Part shown: positions 48,272 through 59,722 of the stretch, in pieces
Position numbering within the stretch: the first letter of the stretch is position 1
How the letters are laid out: the number at the start of each line of letters is the position of its first letter
Source of the DNA: Geosiphon pyriformis uo1
Lineage: Eukaryota; Fungi; Glomeromycota
Assembly (NCBI GenBank): GCA_016748015.1
Contig: JAAOMT010000664.1
Coordinates: 132,715 to 196,714 of the forward strand
Reading direction: 5' to 3'
DNA: 64,000 nucleotides
Position numbers and translations under genes: made by a program
The notes under the pieces: model-generated
Seen by the model: the letters and a program-made list of their open reading frames with translations, nothing else
Told to the model about the DNA's origin: nothing
Database searches by the model: none

Positions 48272-49802
48272 TTATCACATGTATTAGCCACTGATGTCAT
48301 ATAATTAGCCACTCTATTTTTAGATAGTGATCATTGACCTGATCAATGACCTGACCATTAACCTGATCATTGACCTGATCATTGACCTGATCAATGACTT
48401 GATCATTGACCTGATCATTGACCTGATCATTGACCTGATTGTTGACCACTTTAGATAGCTATATAAGTGATGATTCCCTTAGCTGTAGAAAGACATGATC
48501 AAAGTAACAAAATAAACAATATCAATTACTTCCTCTCATAATTGCTTATTCCCCTTTCCTTACCTTCAAATATCTACTTGTTGGCATTCACATATCTTAT
48601 CTTTTCCCCTTCTTAATTTGTATTTGTTAGAATTAGCCTGAGAAGCAATTGGCTTGCTTTTGTAATTCATTGAATAAAGAAATGATTGAAAAGTACAATA
48701 ATACCTGTTATTGATTCTAAGAATTGCCAAGTTGAGGCATAGAATAATAGCAGCGGTGTTATCTTGTTGACAATCATGGACTGTTTCTCTACCTTCAGAT
48801 TTAAGAAAAGATTAGCGACTGTGATTTTTATGAGACTGATCACACACATTGAATTCCTACTTATTCAATTCGCTCCCTTATTGTAATTCCTTCTTTGTTT
48901 ATTTCCATCACCATACAATACTGTTCTCTCTTGCTATCCGTTAGCTTGTTACTCCAACCTGTAACAATACTTTGTCCCATAGGTTGGTTTCTTCACTGGT
49001 TTTGGCTAGGGTTTCACATAGTGTTCTATTGAAACATTCCACTAAACCATTTGTTTGGGGGTAATAAGAGGAAGAGAGTTTATGACGTATTTCCATTTTT
49101 TTGCAAAGTTTTTCAACCAGTGTACTGAGAAAAGCTCTTTATCAGATAAAAGTTCTTTGGGGCAGCTGTGGTGACAGATAATATCTTCATAAATGAAATT
49201 GGCAATTGAGACTGCTGTTTGATTTGGGGTGGCTCTTGCTTCTACTCACTTTGTAAGATAGTCAGTAGCTGTGATAATGTATCTGTTGTCATCAGGAGTT
49301 ACTGTTAAAAGTCTAACAACATCTATACCAATTCTGTCAAATGGTTGACCAACAGAGATCGGATGAATATCTTCCTTGTGATTGGGTTTTCCTCTTCTTT
49401 GGCAGGTATCACAGATTTTGATGTATTCAGCAATGTCTTTTCCCAAGATAGGCCAATAATAGCAAGCTAAAGTTTTCTGAATCGTTTTTGTTTTTCCAAA
49501 GTGTTCAGCTAATGGATCAGTGTACATATTGTAGATCACAATTTCTCTTTCTTCAAATCTAATGACTCTTTGGGGGTGGTCAGAATCTTTTCTATTTCTT
49601 TTATATAACTGGTACTGGCAAATCAAATAGAAATTTGATTGTTTTTGCAAATGTTCTTTTTGCTGTTGAGTATAGTCCAGCGGGTATTGTCTTTTACCCA
49701 AAAATTCCATTAAGGCAAAGTAGTTGTCTAAGTCCATTATCGTGTTTGTTTGTGGGAGAGTTACAAATAATTAAGTTGGTTTGGTTTGGGAGGGTTTTAC
49801 TA

Positions 49803-52496
49803 TCACTGGATGGTAAGTCTGGAGAGAGCGTCGGCGTTTTGATGATTAGCTCCTTTGTGGTATTGAATGTCATAGTCGAATTCATCTAAGTGGAGTATCT
49901 AGCAAGTTATCTATTTATGTTTCAGGTTTCTTTTGTTGCATAGCCAAACCAAAGCTTGGTGATCTGTTACCACCAAAAATTTCACACCCTTAAGATAATT
50001 GTTCCAGTAGCTGGTAGCCCAAACTACTACTAAGCATTCTTGCTTAGTGACTGAGTAGTTCTTTTCTGCTGGTGTGAGAGTTCTACTGGCATAGGCTACG
50101 GCATGTTCCCTGCCATCTTCATCTTTCTGAGAATGAACAGCACCAAGTCCATAGCCAGATGCATCAGTATGAAAGATAAAAGGTCGATCCAGATTAGGTT
50201 GCATGAGGATGGGTTCTGTAACCAGTTTTTCCTTCAGAATTTCAAATGCTTTTTGTTGATAAGTGCCCCAGTAATAATTGATGTTTTTCCTAAGTAGCTG
50301 ATTGAAAGGAGTGGCGATTTTGAAGAAATCCTTAACAAACTTGCAATAATAAGAGGCCAAACCAAGAAAAGAGCGTAGTTCATGAACATTCATTGGTTGT
50401 CTAATGTTTTGAACTTTTTCAATTTTGGCTGGATCAGGAAAGATTCCATCTTTTGTAATAAGATGGCCAAGAAACTGGGTGAATTGACATCCAAAGAATG
50501 ATTTGATTGGATTGATTTTAAGGCCAGCATTTCTAAAGAGGTCAAAAATCTTTTGCAAATGTTCAAGGTGTTCATCCCAGGTTTTTGAGTATACTATTAT
50601 GTCGTCCAAATAAACTAGAACAAAGTTTTCTTTTACTGATTCAAATACTTTGTCCATTAAGCATTGAAAGGTGGGAGGAGCATTTATGAGACCAAAAGAC
50701 ATGACTGTAAATTCGTAGGTGCCATACTTGGTGATGAAGGCAGTTTTCTTTCTGCTTTCTGGATTCATCCCTATTTGCCAGAATCCAGCAGTTAAGTCAA
50801 TGATTAAGAAGAAAGTGGCACCATGGAATTGGTCTAGCATTGCATCAATCTTGAGAAGTGGGTACATATCTCTTTCAGTAATGGCATTTAATTGGCGATA
50901 GTCAACACAAAAGCATAGGGTTCCTCCTTTCTTGGATACCACTAGAACCAGGAATGCCCATTCACTCTTGGTTTCCTGTATGAATCCAAGGTTTTTCATT
51001 TGGGTTATTTTCTTTTTGATAAACTCATTATTGTGCCAGTTGGATTGATAGGGCTTCAAATAGATGAGGCAAATTTCTCTGGTGATGATGGTGTGTTGTA
51101 TCACATGTGTATGTCCAGGAGGTTCACCTTCTTTTGAGATAACTGGGCTGTTTCTAGCCAGCAGATTTTCAATGTCTATCTTTCTTTCTTCTGAAGAGGG
51201 TTCTCTTTGTTCTACAACCAGTGATTGGATTTTAGGTGGTTCATTTTCAAAAGACTTTTGGACTTCTTTTATTTCCTCTCAGGGTATCAAGCTGATTGGT
51301 TCCCAATCTTTGTAATAAATCAGGCAGGACATGCATTCATTGCTAGAAGAATACAATGGTTTGTCGCACCAGCACTGGGCACAAGGACCATGCCACCAAT
51401 AACTGTATTTGGCTTTCTTGCCTGGCTTTCTGTCAAAGGTTCTTCTGAGCATGTCATAATAAGGCCAGCAGATCAGCTTGCCATTGACAATGATTCCTTC
51501 TTTATCTGCCTTGACATTATTTAGTGGTTTGCCATTGCTGGTGAAGATGGTATAGGCGAGTTCAGCAGTTTCTTCTTGTTCTTCTTGTTCTTCTTCTTCC
51601 TTACTTTCTTCATCATCTGATTTGTCTGATTCATTTTCTTCTGGGCTCTGCTTGGGTACTGGGGGAGTTGTCCAATAATGACATTTAACCATAATGGGTT
51701 TCTCACCACATCTGATGGTTAGTTCACAGAGTTCATAATCAAGCAAAGCTTTTGCTTTCTTGAGCCATTCATTGCCAACAATGATGGTGTATTCTTTCAC
51801 TTCAGATACTTCCATATCAGTTTCAATGCTGATGCCATTGATGCGGACAGGAATAGCTTTGGCTATGCCAAGCCCTTTCTACTTATCACCATGCACATTG
51901 GTCATTGGTCATGTGGATGATTCATCAATTTTTCTGCCAATTGCTTCAAGAAAGTGTTTAGCAATAACACTAACAGATGATCCACTGTCTAGGATCAAAT
52001 CAATGAAGTAGCCAGCCACTTGGGCTTTGCAAATTAGAGGAGTGACATTGCTATTGTCAGCAAGTCCAGCTTGGCGAGAGCATTTGTTGGTTTTGGGTGT
52101 CTTTTTCTTTGGAATCAGAGATTTGTGAAGATCTTTTCTGAATTGTGGATGGGTTATCAATTGGTCAAAGGTTATATGTGCTGGAGTTTCCATGAGGTCT
52201 TTGACAACAGAATAGGGGCCGGATTTTTGTACTATTTCTGGGGGTTTCAACTTTGGAGGGTTTTTGAAAACTTTGGCTTTTTGGGGCTCATTGTTGTCAG
52301 CAGTTGATATAAAAGCTTTATTGGGGTCCAGAACGAAATCAACTTTGGCTTTCTTCTTCTTTCTTGTGGATTCAGAGGGGTTGATTGCTAGTTCATCCAT
52401 GTCATGGTCATCATCAGTTAAGTTAAAAGCATAAAAAGGGTTTTCTTCTGGTTGGCTTGCACTCTCACCCTTTGGAGATGTGCCTACCAGTTTAAA
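49803..52496 (-). pseudogene. B-v pol (PR-RT-RNase H), entered by a -1 frameshift
   Basis: LILDSGSSVSV, YLDD, TDASGYG; ORFs 51909-52400, 51279-51815, 49911-51104; ends TGA TAG TAA. Confidence 0.92.
52435..52496 (-). promoter_or_regulatory. -1 programmed ribosomal frameshift signal: U_UUA_AAC plus predicted H-type pseudoknot
   Basis: Heptamer in the correct phase just before the gag stop; -1 frame is open into PR; stems GCAC(A)UCUC/GAGAGUGC and AAAGGGU/ACCCUUU. Confidence 0.85.
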
Positions 52497-54037
52497 GGCT
52501 GATAAACAGTGGCTTCAACTAGGGGATCCTCTCCAAAGAAATTGATGTTGGCATGATTGGGTCTTTGGTTGGAAACATTGTTGTTGTTGGGTCTGTTGTT
52601 CTGGGCATCATTGTTTCTGAGAACTGGTGGAGGCAGTAGAGGATTGTTGCAATCTCTTGAAAAGTGTCCAGTTAATCCACAGCAATAGCATACAGGTGGG
52701 CCACAATTTTGTTGTCTTTGATAAGGTGGTTGCTGGGATTGATTGAAGTGTGTTTCAAATCTGGGTCTTTGTGGTTGTTGATTTTCTCTGACTGCTTGGG
52801 CTAAGGGTTCTAATAACCAGGCAAGATTTGCTGTGAGTCTGTCTATTAACTGTTCATTTGAATCTTGAGTGTGAGTGGCAAAAGAAGTAGTAGCCATTTG
52901 AGGGGCAGGAGCCATGACAGAAGCAGGAGCAAAAACTGGTAGTGTGGATCCCAAGTGCATCTTTTGGTTATCTTCAATTCTTTGTGCTAATTCAATGGCC
53001 ATATCCATGGTGGGGTTATCTTTCAGGGCCAGAAGGGGCCAAAGAGCATATGATAGATCAGTTCTCAATCCTTTTGTGAAGGAGTGAATTTTCTGCTCTT
53101 CTGTCCAATTTCTCCCAGAGTCTACACGTTTGATTAGCTTTCTAATAGCTTTGGCATATTCAGTCACTACTTCTCCAGGGCCTTGGGTTCTTTTTTCCAA
53201 TTCCATGCACCATTTGGATATTAATATTGGGGTTTTGAACTTGGTCTCAAATTGGGTAGTGAAAGAGGTATTTTCTTCTCCAGCATTGATTGGTGTCCAT
53301 CTGATTATTCTGTGTTGAGCATTGACATCTGTTTTTTGTGAGAACCAGGTAGCAGAAGAGCCTTGGAGGTAGCCACCAACAATTTGGAACTTGTATTCTT
53401 CATCATACTGGTTGGCTGTGGCAGCTCTTTCAAAATCATCCAACCATTCAATTGGATCTTGTGCATCACCTCTAAATAGTGGTAGTGGGATATTGTTTCT
53501 TCTTCCTAGAGCAGTTTGTATACCTTGGAGGGCGGCCAGAATGTTTGCTTGCATGGGGTCATTAGCCATTGGTTCAGGGGTAACTGTTTGTGTAGACGAG
53601 TCTGATTCGCTTGATAAAAGGTCAAAAACAGGGGTAGTTTGGTAGCTTTCTTCTTCTGTTTCAAAGGGAGTTTCAGTTGCTTGATGGGCAGCAATCCAAA
53701 TGTGGATTTGATGATTCAGATATTCGAAATCAGGGGGCTGTTGTTCAAAGGTTGCAGAATATAAAAGCTGATTGATATTGTTGTTTCTTTCTTCAAAGTT
53801 GTTTTCAAAATAAGCTTGGTCAAAGTAATAGGTTGTATAAGCTGTGTAGGTTTCAGCTGAATGCTCGTTCAGGAACCAGTTCCAAAAGTCTTGGAATTGT
53901 CTACTAGATTGTTCTTCAAGGGGGAAGCAGATCAAGCAGGAGGGCAGAGGATTAAGTTCAATGAAATCTAGGTCATTTCTGTTGTGTGCTGCAAAGTGTT
54001 CTTCTAATTGCTGTAGCAGATATAAGTAATCACCCAT
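52484..54037 (-). CDS. gag: B-v Gag, intact 517 aa
   Basis: N-terminal HxxxH-x15-CxxC, capsid-like domain, CYCCGLTGHFSRDC knuckle. Confidence 0.92.
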   Translation of the reverse strand: MGDYLYLLQQLEEHFAAHNRNDLDFIELNPLPSCLICFPLEEQSSRQFQDFWNWFLNEHSAETYTAYTTYYFDQAYFENNFEERNNNINQLLYSATFEQQPPDFEYLNHQIHIWIAAHQATETPFETEEESYQTTPVFDLLSSESDSSTQTVTPEPMANDPMQANILAALQGIQTALGRRNNIPLPLFRGDAQDPIEWLDDFERAATANQYDEEYKFQIVGGYLQGSSATWFSQKTDVNAQHRIIRWTPINAGEENTSFTTQFETKFKTPILISKWCMELEKRTQGPGEVVTEYAKAIRKLIKRVDSGRNWTEEQKIHSFTKGLRTDLSYALWPLLALKDNPTMDMAIELAQRIEDNQKMHLGSTLPVFAPASVMAPAPQMATTSFATHTQDSNEQLIDRLTANLAWLLEPLAQAVRENQQPQRPRFETHFNQSQQPPYQRQQNCGPPVCYCCGLTGHFSRDCNNPLLPPPVLRNNDAQNNRPNNNNVSNQRPNHANINFFGEDPLVEATVYQPLNW

Positions 54038-54293
54038 ACAATGAGGGAATAAGTGAATTTTGACAACCTCACAGAAAGCACCACTTTTATGTTACAGGTT
54101 GGAGTAACAAGCTAACGGATAGCAAGGGAGAACAGGATTGTAGGGTGATGGAAATAATCAAAGGGGATTCAACTTCAATGAGCGAATTGAATGAGTATAG
54201 ATTCAATGTGCGAGATCAGTCTCATAAAATATCTCAGTTACTATTCTTTTCAAAGGTAACTGGGGAATCTGAAGGTAGAGGGATAGTCCATAC

Positions 54294-55022
54294 TGTTATG
54301 GTTGAAACCCATAGTTTTTATTAGTTATCACATGTATTAGCCACTGATGTCATATAATTAGCCACCCTATTTTTAGATAGTGATCGTTGACCTGATCAAT
54401 GACCTGACTGTTGACCTGATCATTGACCTGATCATTGACCTGATCAATGACCTGATCATTGACCTGATTATTGACCTGATCATTGACCTGATTATTGACC
54501 TGATCATTGACCTGGTCATTGACCACTTTAGATAGCTATATAAGCGATGATTCCCTTAGCTGTAGAAAGACATGATCAAAAGTAATGAAATAAACAATAT
54601 CAATTACTTCCTTTCATAATTGCTTATTCCCCTTTCCTTACCTTCAAGTATCTACTTGTTGGCATTCACATACCTTATCTTTTCCCCTTCTTGATTTGTA
54701 TTTGTTAGAATTAGCCTGAGAAGCAATTGGCTTGCTTTTGTAATTCATTGAATAAAGAAAGGATTGAAAAGTACAACGATACCTGTTATTGATTCTAAGA
54801 ATCGCCAAGTTGAGGCATAGAATAATAGCAGTGGTGTTATCTTGTTGACAATCACAGACTATTCCTCTACCTTTAAATTTAAGAAAAGAGATTGATCACG
54901 CACATTGAATTCCTACTTATTCAATTTGCTCCCTTATTGTAATTCCCTCTTTGTTTATTTCCATCACCATACAATACTGTTCTCCCTTGCTATCTGTTAG
55001 CTTGTTACTCCAACCCATAACA
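54294..55022 (+). repeat. Family B solo LTR inserted in the B-v 5' LTR
   Basis: TGTTATGG...CATAACA; flanks ATAC/GTAC; host LTR resumes exactly. Confidence 0.92.
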
Positions 55023-55537
55023 GTACTGTCAACAATTGATAACTGCTGGTATAATTCTATGCCTCACGTCACTCTTAGAATTCAATATCAGGTATCAACT
55101 TGTGCTTTTCAGTCACATTTATTCAAATAATCTTCAAATGCTACAATTATATACATCAGGAAAAGGCCAACAAGTAATCTTTTATCCTAAGATGTTCGGA
55201 TACTTGAAGGTAGGGAAAGGGAAATTAGCAATAAGAGAGTGATTGAGATGAAAGTTGTTATTTTTATTTATTTGATTTTTGTCTGAAAGATGATTTTCTA
55301 CAGCTAAGAGACTCATTGCTTATATAGCTATTGAAAGTGGTCAATGACCAGGTCAATGACTAGGTCAATGATCAGGTCAATGATCAGGTCAATGATCAGA
55401 TTAATGATCAGGTCAATGGTCAGGTCATTGATCAGGTCAATGATCACTATCTAAAAATAGAGTGGCTAATTATATGACATCAGTGACTAATACATGTGAT
55501 AACTAATAAAAATTATGGGTTTCAACTGTAACAGTAG

Positions 55538-58500
55538 TGTTTGTGGAATTGCTTTGGATCTAGGAAATTTATGACTGGTTCTGGGTCCCAGTCAAGTTTT
55601 ATAGGTTCTGGTGGATTATTTTTGATCATCTTTATTTCTTCTGGTGACACTTCTTTGATTTTGGCAAGAGCCATTCGCCAAATTTTGTCGTCATTGTGTG
55701 GACATCTGTCCAAGTGTTTGACTGCTCATCTCTAGGCAGCATCTATAGGCATTCCTTTTCTTACCCAGTCACTTATGAGAATCATGTATTGACACGATTT
55801 GTCACACGTTCCTCCTCTCCCAGGAATGTCATTCCACATTTCTTCATCAAAAAGAGTTTCTCCACAAGCCAGGCATGGCTCATTATCCCATTTTCCAACT
55901 TGTTTTGGTCTTCCAAAGCATTCAACGAGGCATGGGTGGCAATAGAACTTTGTTGCCATTTGGTATTCCTCATTGTTGCTATAGCATGTGCCCATTAACA
56001 ACAATTTCTTGCTGCAATTAACACATACCAGTTTTGGGCAGTAATAGTTAAATGATTGTGATGAGGTATATGTGTATGGGGTATAAGTGGTGGTGTTGGT
56101 TGTTATTGGTTCTTCTTCCTTCCCCTTTCTTTTTTTTTTGCTATTCTCCTCTCATTCCCAAGTTGGGGTTGGTTTGGTATTGTTGTTGTCAGCTTCTTAT
56201 GTTTGGTCAATATCTCAAGTAAGTTCCTCTTTCTGCTTTTTCTTTCCTTTATTGTCCCAGAATAATATTGGTGGCAGCTTGTTATGGTCATTTTTGGCCC
56301 ATGAGACTTGATATGCTTCTCATGTTGGTTTTGGCTTCTCTTTCTCGACATCAATTAGTGGTGTTGGTGTGATGTTGCTGGGTTTAAAGTGGCTACATGT
56401 TGCTAGTACTCGTGTATATTAGCCGTTCTGATTTATTTGCAACTCTTGAGTGGTTCAGTCAAGCATTGCATTGGTTTTGAATAGCCAGTTATTACGAACT
56501 AGAGCTTGGTATTGGGTGGCTTCTATTACCAGAACTTTGATTGGTATTATGATGCTGTCAATTTCTATAAAAAGATTATCTATTTCATTGATTGGAGTCC
56601 TGGTGGCTCCATCAGCTGTAATTATCCTTGCACTGGCAGCTCGATCAACTCGGTGACCTAATTGGTCAATGAACTGTCTTGTAATGATGCTACCAGCTGA
56701 TCCACTGTCTAAGATCAGTTTGATGGAATGGCCATCAATTTTAGCATCAGTATACATGGCAGTAATTGGTTTTTCTTCAAGTGCAGCTCCACTGAACAAT
56801 GGCGTGGATAACAGTTCTTCGAATTCAAACAGGAAGATAGCTGCGAGTAATTTGTTGTTGGTGACAGTGGCTGGTGGGATATTGCTGGTAAGAGATTTCT
56901 GGTTTGTTTCCAAGTTGTTGGATAAGACATCTTTTGGGGTAACTAGGAGACTTAAATAGTTCTGGAAATTCAGGTTTTGGTTATACCTGGTTTCTGAACT
57001 TTGCTGGTGTGATTCCGAAAGTTGGTTGGATGAGCTGGGAATTGGTTGGTGAACTACTATTGCCAATCTCCAGCTTTGTTGTGTTATTCTCAGCTTGTGG
57101 GTTCCATTTTGAAATAAGTTTTGAGGCAGTGTTTGAATTTGTTGGGGTTGATATGTTACTGGTGGCTGTGATTGATATATCACTTGTGGCTGCGGCTAAT
57201 AAATTGGAGCTTGATATATTGGTGATTGATAGATTGACTGCTGCATCATTGGCAAATAAGTGAGTTGATATTGATCTTGATTTGGGTAATGGTTCAGGAT
57301 CTGAAATTTGCAATCAGAGTTTCTGTATTGATTTCCCAATCATGGGTTGTTATAAAAATGGCAGTTGACTTGGATATGGCCTTGTTTACCACAGTTGTAA
57401 CAGACACACATCTCAGGCTGTCATGGCTGATTTGATAATGGTAGTGGATGTGACTGATTTTGGAAACGAGTTGCATTTCCTAATTATTGTGTTGTTGTGA
57501 TGGCTGATAAATTGCGCAATTGTTAGCTAAGTATCCCTCTAATTTTTAATTGATTGAATCACTGAATTGCTTCAATTTGGAATCCAATTCAGATGATCCA
57601 TTCATCACTAGATTAACAGCTTAAGTGTGATTAGCTTCGAGTTCAGTGGCTTCAAAGTCTCTGACAGCTTGGAGGTCTGCTGGATATAATGGACATATGT
57701 ATTGGAAGATGCTATTGCATAATCCTCTAATAAATTGATTCAAAATTTGTGGTGTTGTAAAATAGTCAGCTTGAATTGTCTGAATCTGGTGCAGGTTTCT
57801 GTGGAAGCATCTTAGGTATGTGGTGATGGCTTCAGCTTCTCTTTGTTTGATAGTAGTAAAGATATTGGCTAATCAGTTAATGCTATTGTTGTTGCTAAAG
57901 TACCTTAAAAACTCTGTTTTGAATGCATTAAAAGTGACAGACTTGTTGATCAAGCTTTAATACCATGAGTTAGCGGTATCTTGGAGAAAGTATGAGATGG
58001 CTTGCATGGCTCTGTCATTATTCCATCCATTGACTGTGATGGCTTTTTTCACATTGTTTAGCCACACTTGGGCATTATCCTCCTCACCAGTAAATTTTTC
58101 AAGTTTCACAATTGGTGCGTATGCCATTGGGTCTAAGTTGGGTTGTTGTGATGATTGAAGTGGTTGTTGTAATAGTTGCTGCAGTGATATGTGTTGCTAT
58201 TGAATTAGTTCAACTGGTGGCTGATCAATGATGATTACTGGAGGTAAGTTTTTCTAATTAATTAATCTGGGGTTTGAATTGTCCTGATTTGGCAGTGCTT
58301 AAATATTCAGAGTTTTAATTTTTGGACTTTCCAAGTTTAGATTTTGCTGAGTTTAAAGGTTCAGAGTTTCAACTTCTGGGTTTTTGGGGATTGGGTTCTG
58401 GTAAGTAAATTCTTAATCTTCAGATTTCTCTCTCTCTTCTTTCTGTTTTCCTTCTAATTCCATTATTTCCCAAGAACTCGTGGTTCTGAGGTGATAAGGA

Positions 58501-59064
58501 TTGAAGTCTTGATGGCATTGGTGATCATGATTTAAATCCTTCAAAATATGCACCATATGGTCCTAAAAGATCTTCCTTCTTTTGTTTACTCTGAAATTGG
58601 AATTGTCTAAATGTTGATGTTATGGTTAATGTGGACGTGCCTGTTGATGTGATGTTGATGGCACTTCCTGGTGTATAGTGATATGATGGATTTGTTAGTG
58701 ATTCTATTTTTGTTTTCTTCCAAGTTGGTAGTTGTATTCCTTTAGGCGTTACTGCTGGTGTTTGTAATCTTTCTTTGCCTTTGTCTGCATAGGTAATAGG
58801 GTTGATTTCCTTGATAATTGGTATGAAACTGTGGTTTCTTGGTAAGCTGGTGTGTTGAAATAATTCTGTATAAAAGTTTTTTCTTGCTGATTTAATGTTA
58901 ACTGTTCCTCCTAAGCAGTTTGTAATTTTATTATTGACGTAGAAGTTGAAGCCTGATTCCACTGGAAAATGGTTATTGTTTAATCCTAATTGTTGGCTGT
59001 ACTGTTGAAACAAGAATTTGGTGAATTCTAAATGGTTTGCTCCTATGTTTTCTGGTTCTGCCAC
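55538..59064 (-). pseudogene. A3 gag-PR-Cys-rich region
   Basis: ORFs 58525-59064, 56455-57183 (ILDSGSAGSII), 55732-56004 (CHPC, CLAC, CDKSC); CCHC, PR and Cys-rich parts share one frame. Confidence 0.88.
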
Positions 59065-59722
59065 TTTTGGATGATTGCTGTTGGTACTGGTTCTTTGTAA
59101 GATTATATCTCACAGAGAGCACCAAATGTTACAGGTGATTATTTGGGGTCTCAAAACAAATAACAAATCTGTAACTTGGTGCTCAATTGATATAATAATG
59201 TCGATTACTGAAGATGGTTTGTATCTGAAGGTTTTGGTTGAGTTCTTTGTATAATAGACAGAGATTCAATAGTTGTTTTTAGTAGCCTCCCAGAATCGCA
59301 ATTCTGTCAATTCTTTTCTCAGCTTGGTGGCTGGCAATCCTCTGGTAAGTAATCCATAATTCTTTTATGTGTTCTACTCACTTGCAGGGGTCTTTTACCA
59401 GACAATCCTTGACATTAATAATTCAGTGCTTAATCCTTAATCAATTTAATAAACAACAAAAAAATAACAATAAAAAATAACAGAAAACAAAAAAAATAAA
59501 GAAAATAAGCCAAGATGATTTTGCAAAATAGTATCTTGTCAATAGCCATGATTAAGAGCTATTGTTCCAGTGTGGTTAAGTATGAATTACTATCAACATG
59601 AAATGTTGATAGTGGAAAGTAGATTGAGATAGTAAATAATTATTTATTAATATTTGTAATGTGAAAGGTTGCTTAAATCAGATCTAAACTGAAAGGTCTG
59701 TCTTTTCTACTTTTAATGCTAC

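Larger units (their letters stand above)
41879..48966 (+). mobile_element. Family B copy B-vi, full length, TSD ATAC, inserted antisense in the B-v integrase
   Basis: LTRs 41879-42616 (738 bp) and 48241-48966 (726 bp); ATAC on both sides; PBS 42623-42639; PPT GGAGAGGATGA; two N gaps. Confidence 0.96.
41336..49737 (-). pseudogene. B-v integrase (49737-48967 joined to 41878-41336), interrupted by B-vi
   Basis: Own ATG (MDLDNY), CDTC, DRIGIDVV, QTNGLVE, WDKV|LPLALFAYR across the insertion, WKGPF. Confidence 0.9.
39931..55533 (-). mobile_element. Family B copy B-v, full length, TSD GTAG, carrying nested B-vi and a solo LTR
   Basis: LTRs 39931-40668 and 54090-55533; GTAG at 39927-39930 and 55534-55537; PBS ~54067-54083; PPT next to 40669. 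Confidence 0.95.
34329..59722 (-). mobile_element. Family A copy A3, near full length, split by B-v (39931-55533)
   Basis: 3' LTR 34329-35183 with PPT AAAAAGGAGAGAATAA; ORF3, IN, RH, RT, dUTPase (38997-39740); reading frame rejoins across B-v (QFHKHY|QELAPT); PR, gag, PBS ~59109-59124; 5' LTR 59127-59722 (interrupted). Confidence 0.92.
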
